DNA from: Pseudomonadota bacterium
GTDB lineage: Bacteria > Pseudomonadota > Gammaproteobacteria > Pseudomonadales > UBA7434
DNA: 64,000 bases
Direction of reading: 5' to 3'
NCBI GenBank assembly: GCA_036344075.1
Contig: JAYYUJ010000047.1
Span: forward strand, 13,821 to 77,820
The notes under the pieces were generated by a model. The model was not told where the DNA came from. It ran no database searches and saw only the letters and a program-made list of their open reading frames with translations. Below, piece by piece: positions 47,683-57,073 of the stretch. How positions within the stretch are numbered: the stretch's first letter is position 1; every line of letters begins with the position of its first letter. The translations under genes were made by a program, and so were the position numbers.

Positions 47683-50124
47683 TTAGAATTGATAGTTTAT
47701 CGCCAGTCCAAACGTGCGCGGTAAGGCAATAAAGCTACGGCTATTGCTGCCATAAAATTCAGCATTGGTATTAGGGCCGTAAGCTTCAGGGGTAAACGAC
47801 CCGGTAACGCCGCGCTCATTAAAGATATTTTTGACGAATAACGAACTGGTCCAGCCTTCGTAGAGCAATGAGGCGCTGGCATCCCAGATTTCAAATCCGT
47901 CGAACTCCACAGACTGTAGTTCGCCCTCGTTTATAATATTCTGCGTTTTTGATTGGTGAAAACCGTCGAGTCGCAAGGCCAAATCGGTATTGGCGGTCAG
48001 TGGTTGAAAATAATCAAAGGCAATGTTAATGGCATGTTTAGGTACACCGGGTAGTCTTGCACCGTCAACAGCGATTTGAGTATTAATCGGGGTCAGTAAA
48101 TCGGCCGAGAGTTTAGCATCGACATAAGCATAGCCGAAGGCGTATGAAAGCCTATCATTAAGCGCGCCGCTTAATTGCACTTCGATACCCTGTGTCTGTG
48201 CTTGGTCGCCATTCACTACGCTAAAAAAAGCACCTGTGTCAACCGGCGTCGAGGTGTTGAATTGCGGGTCGTTCCACTCCATATAAAACACACTGATATC
48301 ATATCGAATGCGCTTGACAATGCCCTTGATGCCGGCTTCATAATTCAATACGGTGTCTGAATCGTACACGACCCAACTTTGATCATTGGCAAGAGCGCCT
48401 TCGGTTGCTACGGCATTATTGCCACCGCGACGAAATCCCTCTGAAACGGTGAGATAGAAGAGTTCGTCATCTAAAAAGTCATAAGCAAGGTTGGCTTTTA
48501 ATAGGGTATCGTTTTCAGAGGCTGAATATTCTGTTTCAGTCGGGTTGGCATAATCAGCATACGCCGACACCTTGCCAAAGGTATCTACACTTGATTTGAG
48601 ATCAAAATAGCGTGCGCCTAATGTTAGATGCAATCGATCGCTAGCATGCCAGGTAAGTTCACCAAAACCTGCCGTCTCCTTGTAGTTTTCACTGCGTTGA
48701 TATGTAAAAACATTATCGGTATTAACGCCTTTATTAGGAAAGGGTGCTGAGGGATTATAATAGCCATACCAGTTCTCATAGCCCATTAGGTCGCTGACTT
48801 GAGAAAAACCACTGTCATTGTCGCGATAAAATGCGCCGGCAACATAATCAAATTGCTCGTTAAAACTACCGACTAGTCGTATTTCTTGAATGAGCGCTTT
48901 GTCTAGAAAAGTCCGGGCTGCTGTGTAGAGGGGACGTGGATAATTAAGATAGAGGTCAGCAAAGTTATTCGCATAAAAGCCAGTGTTATCGGTTTTACTA
49001 GAGCCATTATTGTTGTAATACGAGCTTGCCGAAGTCAGGGTGGCAAAGCCTAGGTCAATCGTGGCTTCAAGGCTGAACATGTCAAAGGTGCGCTCAGAGG
49101 GTTCGAGAATCATTGCCCCTTGTTCGTAATCATTATAGCTTTGGCCGAAGCCATTGACGCCCTCGGATTCGGCTCGTCGGCTACCCACATCGTCCTCTTG
49201 AAAAATATAGCTCGCTAATACATCGATGTTGCTATTTGGGGTCCATAATAGAGCGACACGATTGTATAAACTTTTATAGCTGTCGGCATCTTTTTTGCTG
49301 GTGAAGGAAGTCGAACAAGGGCCTGTATCGTAAGTTGCTCCAAATGGAGATGAATTGCCATTACAATCGACACCTGTTTTTATGGGAACACCGTTACCAT
49401 CTAATTGATAAAGGTTGACGTAATCCGTGATGCCTGGATAGTCCTGCCAGTAAAGATTAGCGCGAACTGCAAGTGTGTCGCTTAAAGGATAGTTAATGAC
49501 CGCCGAGGTGGTGTAGCCGATGGGATCGTGAATCGAGCGATGTGAACCCTTGACGCTCGATAGTGAAGTGCCAATCGAACCCTCTATCTCGCCGAGTATT
49601 GGCTCGTTAAGAAAATACTTCACAGTGCCGCCCAATGCACCAGAACCATATAAGGTGGCTTGTGGACCACGTAATACTTCAACTCGATCGAGATCGATCA
49701 ACGCCAGATTTGCATAAACCGGCGTTTCATTCACATAGGTCGACACCGTGGCGACTGAGGCAACAGCATAATCAGAATTAGCTGAGCTGTCGACGTTTAA
49801 TCCGCGGATGCGAATACTGCTGAACTGCGCTGCGTTGCGAGGCCCTTGATCGATTTGACTAACACCAGGAATAGATCGAAGTAATTCAGCGCTATCACGG
49901 GTAAACGATGCGGCAACATCATCGCCAGACACGGCGGTAATGTTGTAAGGCACATCAAGAATATTCTGTTCGCGGCGCTGAACAGTGACGGTGACTTCTT
50001 GCATTTGTGTTTCGATGGCACCATCCGGTACTTGACCATAAGCTGATGGATGATGACTAGCAAGCAGTATGAGACTGGCAGTAACGACAGGTGTTGTTGT
50101 GAATACACGATGAATCAAACACAT
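47683..50124 (-). CDS. TonB-dependent receptor
   Basis: Signal peptide, plug motif VEVLRGPQATLYGSGALGGTVKY, and terminal ...AINYQF. Confidence 0.9.
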   Translation of the reverse strand: MCLIHRVFTTTPVVTASLILLASHHPSAYGQVPDGAIETQMQEVTVTVQRREQNILDVPYNITAVSGDDVAASFTRDSAELLRSIPGVSQIDQGPRNAAQFSSIRIRGLNVDSSANSDYAVASVATVSTYVNETPVYANLALIDLDRVEVLRGPQATLYGSGALGGTVKYFLNEPILGEIEGSIGTSLSSVKGSHRSIHDPIGYTTSAVINYPLSDTLAVRANLYWQDYPGITDYVNLYQLDGNGVPIKTGVDCNGNSSPFGATYDTGPCSTSFTSKKDADSYKSLYNRVALLWTPNSNIDVLASYIFQEDDVGSRRAESEGVNGFGQSYNDYEQGAMILEPSERTFDMFSLEATIDLGFATLTSASSYYNNNGSSKTDNTGFYANNFADLYLNYPRPLYTAARTFLDKALIQEIRLVGSFNEQFDYVAGAFYRDNDSGFSQVSDLMGYENWYGYYNPSAPFPNKGVNTDNVFTYQRSENYKETAGFGELTWHASDRLHLTLGARYFDLKSSVDTFGKVSAYADYANPTETEYSASENDTLLKANLAYDFLDDELFYLTVSEGFRRGGNNAVATEGALANDQSWVVYDSDTVLNYEAGIKGIVKRIRYDISVFYMEWNDPQFNTSTPVDTGAFFSVVNGDQAQTQGIEVQLSGALNDRLSYAFGYAYVDAKLSADLLTPINTQIAVDGARLPGVPKHAINIAFDYFQPLTANTDLALRLDGFHQSKTQNIINEGELQSVEFDGFEIWDASASLLYEGWTSSLFVKNIFNERGVTGSFTPEAYGPNTNAEFYGSNSRSFIALPRTFGLAINYQF

Positions 50125-50207
50125 GGTGACTCCTAATGTCGGTGAGTGTTTTTGTCGTGTTAGCGCAATTAATTGTGCACTAACAGTCTATCTTTATGAC
50201 GCCGTGG

Positions 50208-52820
50208 CTAAAAGCGACGGCGCAAGGCAATGATCAACAGTGTAAGCCCTGTTATTACTGCGCCGGCCAAAGGTAATACGGGAATCGTGACGGGTTCAGC
50301 GGCGGGTTCATAGCTCAGTGATGTGCCCGTTGTTGAGGCAAGGTTGATCACATCCAGTGCTTGAACGAAATACTCATGACTTTGGTCAAGGTTCGCATCA
50401 CTGTCAGTCCATTCATTACCACTGGTAATAGCAACGAGCTGGCCATCTCGATAGACTCTGAAACGCATGACGTTAATCGGCGTAGGGTCAGGCGTCCATC
50501 GTAAAGTTAATCCATCAGCTTGATCATCAACGATGACAAGATTTGTTGGTGGATTAGGGCTACTGGCAATGCAGCTGCTCCGAATTTCTTCTGCTTCGGC
50601 GAATGCACGACTCCACTCGACGCTGTAGCCATCACTGAAATAATAGTAAACGACGCCACTGGGCGCCATAGCAATGGTGATACCACCAAAGCCAGACATG
50701 TAAGGTACATATAAACCGCTGCAACCAGCGATCGAGCCGCGATTTAAACCCCAGAACGCATTGTTATAAAGGCCATTAGCTATCCATGTCAATCCTGGGT
50801 CGGCGGCCGTAGCAAACTTACTGGCTGCCAGTTGTTCAGGTTCGAGTACCTGAATATTATTGATTCGACCATGATCTACGCCGAGTAAACGGCCCAATTT
50901 TGCAATATCATCCCGCACGAAACTTGCGCCGTTTCCACCGACAGGTTGCTGAATGGGATCGTAGGTTCGATTCGTTGAAAGGCTGCCGGCATCAAGTCCT
51001 AGCGGTGCCCAAATGTCATTGACGACCACATCCTCAAACACATCGCCGCAATAACCCACTTTATCGCGGTGGTACTGTTGAGCCGCGGCCATCACTAAAA
51101 ACGTATCGCTGGTGTGATAGCGCATCTGTGTGCCGGGCGTTGCCTGCCGCGGATATTGATTAACAGCAAAATTCATTTTTTCGGCATGGGTTTCTGGTAA
51201 AAAGAAATCGTTTACATCGCTGGCGTACTCATCATCAAAGTAGCCCGATAATTGGTAATGACCGGTCGCCATATCGAGAGCATTGTTGACGGATACGTCA
51301 AAAAAGTAACCTTGTTGGCTAGTAGCTGCTTCTGGTACTAAGCTGGTAATGCTTTGACTAAAAAAGTCGCCGTATAGTTGTTCTAAACGCATGGCGCCTG
51401 CCGAGGCCAATGCTGTTTTCGATACGGAATAAGACGGTACACGTAAAGTATCGCAGTATGGATGGGTACCGTAACGTGTTTCGCAACCGCCCACGTAATG
51501 GGTGCCATCGACAATCACACCAAATATCGATAGATCTAATGGTGAGACCTCCGATGAGTGAGCAAACTCGTTAGGATTCACACCAGGATAATCCATTGCG
51601 AGGCTGGCAATGGGTTTTTGTGGCATGCGTCCGGCAATATGTTGTTGGTGATTGGCGGCTATCTCTAAGGCATTTGTTACTTGTTGGGGTGTATATTGGG
51701 CATCTAACAATCCCCACATATCGAACTGAAAATAGGCACAAGTCTCACTGGTAATCTGATAAAACACTTTAGAGACGCTGTTATTATCGAACAAGAAAGT
51801 CATTAATCCGTTATGCATGCAGTTGGCATTACGCTGCTGTAGAGTAAAAGGAAGTGCTGCGCGGGTTTTTCCTGGGTCACTAGTTTCGGACCAGACGCGT
51901 CCTGGTTCGATAATAAATTCCCAATTTGGATGCTCAGAGAGAATGACGCCACGTTGAACGGGAATTAAATGGGTGCCTGACTGGATAAACTCAAAATCAA
52001 ACTCGGGCAGGTGCTTGTGCGTACTGTCGGAACTATCAGTATAGTCATAATCATCTTGACGCTCGAAGAAGAAACCTGCGCTTGCTTCATTGAAGAGCTC
52101 TAATCGGCCCTCAAAAGTGTGCTGGGGAGCAGCGGCATTTACAGGTATCGCAAAACCACTGCCAGTGATGGCCGGCGAGGCGGGCGTGGGTCCATTATTC
52201 AAAGTCGCTGCTGTCAATACGCTGCGATTAGTCACGCCACTGCCACTTACCGGATCAAAGTTGCTGGTATAGCCTGTATAAAGATCATCAGTGGTTGAAT
52301 TAACGGGGCAGGACTCGCTACCAAGTTGAAAACCCGAGAGACTGACATCCTCGGCATAGCAGTAATCATAGTAACTGTTAACTGCCGCGCGATAACGAAG
52401 CCGCAAATCGGGATTGTTGTCATAAGCCGGCGAGCGAAGAGTTGCCCACCGCGGTTGATCATCATCTTGATCAGCGTCGAGCGCCTTCGCTTCAACCCAG
52501 CTACTACCACCGTTAGATGAAACTTCGACGATACAGCGGTCAGAACCCTCGAGGCTACGCGCCGCCACAAAGAAACTAATCTCAACATCTTGCCAGCCTA
52601 ATGTCGAGAAAGATCGCGATAGGCTGCTGCCACCGCCCCGTAATCGGACGGAATAGGGTACTAAGGCGCGTTGCGTAGATGAAGAAGCATAACCATTGCT
52701 CGTCCAACCGTTAAAGCCGTCATTAAAGTCATCAAAAAATAGCGGGTCGGCTTTGGCGGTGGTTACAAGCATCAAGATTGCAAACAGAGTCATTCGCTTC
52801 GTTAATGTTTGTTGGTGCAT
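50208..52820 (-). CDS. Secreted multidomain serine hydrolase with FN3-like domain and C-terminal TM anchor
   Basis: ATG 52820 or 52793 (MTLFAILMLVTTAKA) avoids overlap with the MFS gene. Same three modules as 45432-47624 (FFDDFNDGFNGWT, SETCAYFQFDMWG, PSYSVSKT, ALDMATGH, YHTSDTF, SGFGGITIAMAP). It adds PPTNLVIVDDQADGLTLRWTP...YRDGQ (FN3-like) and the tail IPVLPLAGAVITGLTLLIIALRRRF. Confidence 0.65.
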   Translation of the reverse strand: MHQQTLTKRMTLFAILMLVTTAKADPLFFDDFNDGFNGWTSNGYASSSTQRALVPYSVRLRGGGSSLSRSFSTLGWQDVEISFFVAARSLEGSDRCIVEVSSNGGSSWVEAKALDADQDDDQPRWATLRSPAYDNNPDLRLRYRAAVNSYYDYCYAEDVSLSGFQLGSESCPVNSTTDDLYTGYTSNFDPVSGSGVTNRSVLTAATLNNGPTPASPAITGSGFAIPVNAAAPQHTFEGRLELFNEASAGFFFERQDDYDYTDSSDSTHKHLPEFDFEFIQSGTHLIPVQRGVILSEHPNWEFIIEPGRVWSETSDPGKTRAALPFTLQQRNANCMHNGLMTFLFDNNSVSKVFYQITSETCAYFQFDMWGLLDAQYTPQQVTNALEIAANHQQHIAGRMPQKPIASLAMDYPGVNPNEFAHSSEVSPLDLSIFGVIVDGTHYVGGCETRYGTHPYCDTLRVPSYSVSKTALASAGAMRLEQLYGDFFSQSITSLVPEAATSQQGYFFDVSVNNALDMATGHYQLSGYFDDEYASDVNDFFLPETHAEKMNFAVNQYPRQATPGTQMRYHTSDTFLVMAAAQQYHRDKVGYCGDVFEDVVVNDIWAPLGLDAGSLSTNRTYDPIQQPVGGNGASFVRDDIAKLGRLLGVDHGRINNIQVLEPEQLAASKFATAADPGLTWIANGLYNNAFWGLNRGSIAGCSGLYVPYMSGFGGITIAMAPSGVVYYYFSDGYSVEWSRAFAEAEEIRSSCIASSPNPPTNLVIVDDQADGLTLRWTPDPTPINVMRFRVYRDGQLVAITSGNEWTDSDANLDQSHEYFVQALDVINLASTTGTSLSYEPAAEPVTIPVLPLAGAVITGLTLLIIALRRRF

Positions 52821-52878
52821 AACAGGCAACCTTAATGACAGTATTAATCTTAAAGAGAGATACACGACCTTCAAAAAT

Positions 52879-54069
52879 TTACTTAGCCTCGCGATCAAGA
52901 AAGCGTGCCGGAATAATGGCCGCAATCATACTGATCGCCATAAAGACTAATGCGACATTAATGAGCAAGGAATAGTTGTTTTCACCGACAATTAATGCGG
53001 CCACAAAAGGCCCAGAAGCCAGACCCATCTTAGAAGCAAAGCCGCCCAATGCGGCCATGCGCCCCGCTTTATCAAATTCGGCGCTCATACCCAGAAGGTA
53101 AGCAATAATAAATGCCCAGGTAATACCGACCGCGCAATTTGCAATAATAAATGCCAGTTGTGAACCACTGAAGTGCAGTAACCAAGTCGCCGCTAAGGTC
53201 AACATCATACCGGTCAGTACTGGGGAAAAACGACCATAGCGGGTCGAGAACACCACGACCAATAATGCCCCTAGTACACCCACCCACGATGCGGCGCCCA
53301 ATACGGGCGTTATAAAGGCGGGGTCTAAGCCGAAGGACTTACCAAGCCCAATAATATAAGCAAATACTGCCATATTGGCTGCTTGAAACAAGAATAAGGC
53401 GAGCAGCGTGAGACCGAGCGGCTGAAGTTTAATAGCCGATGTTTGATGCTCAACACTATTGGTTGTTGTTGTATCGATCGGGTAGTCGTCGATAAACGGT
53501 AGCATTAATGCGGTGACAGCAGAAAATCCAATCAGAGTAATAAATAAGATCGGTGTGCCGTACTCAGGAACCAGCGGTGGTATCACCATGATGCCTAAAC
53601 CGCCCAACCCATATTGCACACCAAGTAACATACCAAAAGTACGATCAGGTTCATTAGTGCGAGCAATAACAGCAAATCCAGTGCCCACTAACATGCCGCC
53701 AATGAAGCCGTGAAAAAAGCGAAGCGCAGTGAGTAATTGTGCATCGCCAATAAAAATGGAGACTATGTCGATGGTTATTAATCCGCTTAAAAATATCCAC
53801 GCAGCAGTACGCCAATTTATTCGGCTGATTAAAAAGACAATTAAGAACGCCCCGACGGCAGCACCATAAACGTTTGAAGAACCAACTAAGCCAGCTTCTT
53901 TATTAGTAAAGCCTAGACCCTCGACTAAGCCGTCGACTAGCGCCGGCATAATGTTGACATAAAAAAGTCCAGCAGTTGCTAAAAAAGCTAGCAGCAAGCG
54001 AGCCAGCATGCTGTCAGGGGCTGCTTTAGGAAAAGCGACTGAATTGTTATTATTGATTTGTTCGGCCAT
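52879..54069 (-). CDS. MFS transporter
   Basis: 396 aa with about 12 hydrophobic segments, in an operon position between gabT and the hydrolase. Confidence 0.8.
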   Translation of the reverse strand: MAEQINNNNSVAFPKAAPDSMLARLLLAFLATAGLFYVNIMPALVDGLVEGLGFTNKEAGLVGSSNVYGAAVGAFLIVFLISRINWRTAAWIFLSGLITIDIVSIFIGDAQLLTALRFFHGFIGGMLVGTGFAVIARTNEPDRTFGMLLGVQYGLGGLGIMVIPPLVPEYGTPILFITLIGFSAVTALMLPFIDDYPIDTTTTNSVEHQTSAIKLQPLGLTLLALFLFQAANMAVFAYIIGLGKSFGLDPAFITPVLGAASWVGVLGALLVVVFSTRYGRFSPVLTGMMLTLAATWLLHFSGSQLAFIIANCAVGITWAFIIAYLLGMSAEFDKAGRMAALGGFASKMGLASGPFVAALIVGENNYSLLINVALVFMAISMIAAIIPARFLDREAK

Positions 54070-54174
54070 TATTTCTCCATTTTAATGGGTTGTCTTTCTT
54101 TGTTCAGGCAACTCGATTAATGATCTATTTATGGATTCATGGATAGCATTATACGGTATTTTTTTCACCATCGT

Positions 54175-55503
54175 TTAATTCTTGGCGGTTAACGCTGCAA
54201 AGCTATCAGCTAAAATAGTCATGCCTTCGTCAATAAGTTTATTCGAAATTGTTAGTGCAGGCAGGCAGCGAATCACATTGCCATGAAAACCACACGACAA
54301 CAAAATCAAACCACGGCTGTGAGCTTCTGAAACTAAGGCGCGGGTCAATTCTGGGTTGGCTTGAGATGGATCGCTTTTGTGCACTAGCTCGATTGCAATC
54401 ATCGCGCCACGATCTGTTCTTATCTCGCCAATTACATCGCTATGATTGTCCTGCAGTTCCCTGAGTCGCTTGCTAAACTGTTGGCCGATTTGGTTGGCCC
54501 GCGTGACTAACTTTTCTTGTTCAATGATTTCCAACACTGCTAGTGCGGCCGCACAAGCAACGGGTGATCCAGCATACGTGCCACCTAATCCACCTGGTAG
54601 AGGTGCATCCATAATTTCTGCTTTACCGATGACACCGGCGAGAGGAAATCCGCCAGCTATCCCTTTTGCTACACTGATTAGATCGGGTTCAATATTAGCG
54701 TATTCACTGGCAAAGAATTTACCCGTTCTGCCAAAACCACTTTGTACTTCGTCACAGATAAGAAGGATGCCGTGTTCGTCAGCAATTTTCCGTAAGGCTT
54801 TAAGAAAGGCATTGGGTGCGGGATAGAATCCGCCTTCGCCTTGGACAGGCTCAATAATGAATGCTGCAATATCAGAAGGTGCGATATCTACCTTAAATAA
54901 GTTTTCAAGCCCTTTGATGGCATCGTCGATAGTCACATCGTGCGCATTTATTGGAAATGGTGCGTGAAAAATATCACCTGGGAAAGGCCCAAATAAATTT
55001 TTATAGGGTGTGATTTTACCGGTTAAAGTCATCGTCATTAGCGTGCGGCCATGATAGCCGCCATTGAAAGCGATGACGCCTCGTCGACCAGTGTGTGCGC
55101 GTGCAATTTTAACGCAGTTCTCTACTGCTTCGGCACCGGTAGTAACAAAAAGTGATTTTTTAGGGGAAGTTCCTGGTGCCAACTGATTGAGTTTTTCAGC
55201 CAATATTACTGCGCTGTCGTAGGGAGTGACCATGAGGCAAGTGTGACTGAAACGATCAATTTGTTCTTTGACGGCATCGATAACTTGTGGATGGCTGTGT
55301 CCAGTGTTGCAGACTGCAATACCGGTAGCAAAATCAATATAGCGATTGCCCTCTACATCCCATATTTCCGAACCGAGCGCTCGTTCAACATAAACTGGCG
55401 CAACATTCGATAGCCCGCGAGCGAGGGCAGCTTCTTTGCGTTGCTGCCAAGCCGAGTTACTCGGTTGTTCTGCATCTGCCGGCTTTGTCTGCTGTGTACT
55501 CAC
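54175..55503 (-). CDS. gabT: 4-aminobutyrate (omega-amino acid) aminotransferase
   Basis: IIEPVQGEGGF, DEVQSGFGRTG, AKGIAGGFPLAG and GGLGGTYAGSP closely parallel E. coli GabT. GTG start in a GTGA overlap with the gabD stop. Confidence 0.85.
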   Translation of the reverse strand: MSTQQTKPADAEQPSNSAWQQRKEAALARGLSNVAPVYVERALGSEIWDVEGNRYIDFATGIAVCNTGHSHPQVIDAVKEQIDRFSHTCLMVTPYDSAVILAEKLNQLAPGTSPKKSLFVTTGAEAVENCVKIARAHTGRRGVIAFNGGYHGRTLMTMTLTGKITPYKNLFGPFPGDIFHAPFPINAHDVTIDDAIKGLENLFKVDIAPSDIAAFIIEPVQGEGGFYPAPNAFLKALRKIADEHGILLICDEVQSGFGRTGKFFASEYANIEPDLISVAKGIAGGFPLAGVIGKAEIMDAPLPGGLGGTYAGSPVACAAALAVLEIIEQEKLVTRANQIGQQFSKRLRELQDNHSDVIGEIRTDRGAMIAIELVHKSDPSQANPELTRALVSEAHSRGLILLSCGFHGNVIRCLPALTISNKLIDEGMTILADSFAALTAKN

Positions 55504-56957
55504 TTATCGATTCCTCCTAAGCACATATATTTTAGTTCTAGATAATCATCCAGACCGTATTTTGAGCCTTCACGACCTTGTCCTGATTCTTTTACACCAC
55601 CGAAGGGCGCCATTTCATTTGAAACAATTCCCTCGTTAATTCCAACAATGCCATATTCAAGTGCTTCTCCTACTCGCCAGATTCGACCTATATCGCGTGA
55701 ATAAAAATAGCAAGCTAGGCCAAACTCAGTGTTGTTAGCAATATCTATTGCTTGTTGCTCATTGTCGAATTTAAACACTGGGGCAATGGGGCCAAAAATT
55801 TCTTCTTTAAAGACTCGCATATCATCAGTGACATCAGCTAGTACAGTGGGTTCTACAAAGCAAGGTCCGAGTGATGAACGATTACCGCCGAGTAAAACGG
55901 TCGCGCCTTTACTCGTGGCATCATTAATAAAGTCAAATACATCGTTAGCAGCATTTTCATTAATCAGTGGACCAATAACCACACCTTCATCAGTGCCGTT
56001 TCCGACTTTAAATTGAGATACTTTGGCAGTGAATTTTTCAATGAATGCATTATAAATAGATGATTGGACTAGTAGACGATTAGAGCAAACACAGGTTTGC
56101 CCAGCGTTTCTAAATTTACTGGCTATAGCCCCATCAACGGCGGCGTCTAAATCAGCATCATCGAAAACAATAAACGGTGCATTGCCTCCAAGTTCCATTG
56201 AGGTTCGCTTAACCGTTTGCGCACATTCTGCCATGAGCTGTTTGCCGACCGGTGTCGAGCCAGTAAAGGTTAACTTTCTAACTGTTGGGTTAGCCGTTAA
56301 TTCAGCGCCGATATCACTGGTTTGACCGGCAACGATATTAATAACGCCGGCTGGAATGCCGGCACGGTCGGCCAATTCGGCGAAGGCTAATGCCGATAGT
56401 GGAGTGGCATTGGCTGGCTTGCAAACCACAGTACAACCTGCGGCCAATGCCGGTGCTATTTTTCGTGTTAGCATGGCGTTAGGGAAATTCCATGGTGTAA
56501 TGCATGCCACCACACCTACGGGTTGTTTTATACAAATCAGACGTTTGTCTTTTGATGGTTCAGGAATTGTGTCGCCATAAATTCGCTTGGCCTCCTCTGA
56601 GAACCACTCGATATAATTCGCACCATAAGCAATTTCTCCGCGAGCTTCGGCTAAAGGTTTTCCTTGTTCTGCCGTCAGAATTTGTGCTAAATCTTCTTGG
56701 TTGGCCATCATCAATACAAACCATTGACGAAGAAGCGATGCCCTTTCTTTGGCTGACTTGTTTCGCCATGCCGCTTGCGCCTTTTCCGCCGCCTTAATTG
56801 CACGGCGGGTCTCATCAGTGCGGCATTTAGCTACTTCAGCAATCACTTCGCCATTGGCTGGGTTGCAGACAGAAAATGTTTCACCATTATCAGCACTGAC
56901 CCATTGGCCATTAATATAGGCTTTATCCCTTAATAGAGAGGCATCATTGATGTTCAT
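55500..56957 (-). CDS. gabD: Succinate-semialdehyde dehydrogenase
   Basis: MNINDASLLRDKAYINGQWV..., EQGKPLAEARGEI and RIYGDTIP parallel E. coli GabD, plus MELGGNAP. ATG 56957 is preferred over 57023. Confidence 0.85.
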   Translation of the reverse strand: MNINDASLLRDKAYINGQWVSADNGETFSVCNPANGEVIAEVAKCRTDETRRAIKAAEKAQAAWRNKSAKERASLLRQWFVLMMANQEDLAQILTAEQGKPLAEARGEIAYGANYIEWFSEEAKRIYGDTIPEPSKDKRLICIKQPVGVVACITPWNFPNAMLTRKIAPALAAGCTVVCKPANATPLSALAFAELADRAGIPAGVINIVAGQTSDIGAELTANPTVRKLTFTGSTPVGKQLMAECAQTVKRTSMELGGNAPFIVFDDADLDAAVDGAIASKFRNAGQTCVCSNRLLVQSSIYNAFIEKFTAKVSQFKVGNGTDEGVVIGPLINENAANDVFDFINDATSKGATVLLGGNRSSLGPCFVEPTVLADVTDDMRVFKEEIFGPIAPVFKFDNEQQAIDIANNTEFGLACYFYSRDIGRIWRVGEALEYGIVGINEGIVSNEMAPFGGVKESGQGREGSKYGLDDYLELKYMCLGGIDK

Positions 56958-57073
56958 GTTAGGGCTCATTTTTATATTTTTAAGGTAAAAGTCTATAATA
57001 AATACAAAAAAATCTCGCGGCAATCGATTAAAATTTGTATTATTGGTGAGATATATTCACAGGAAGATAAGTT

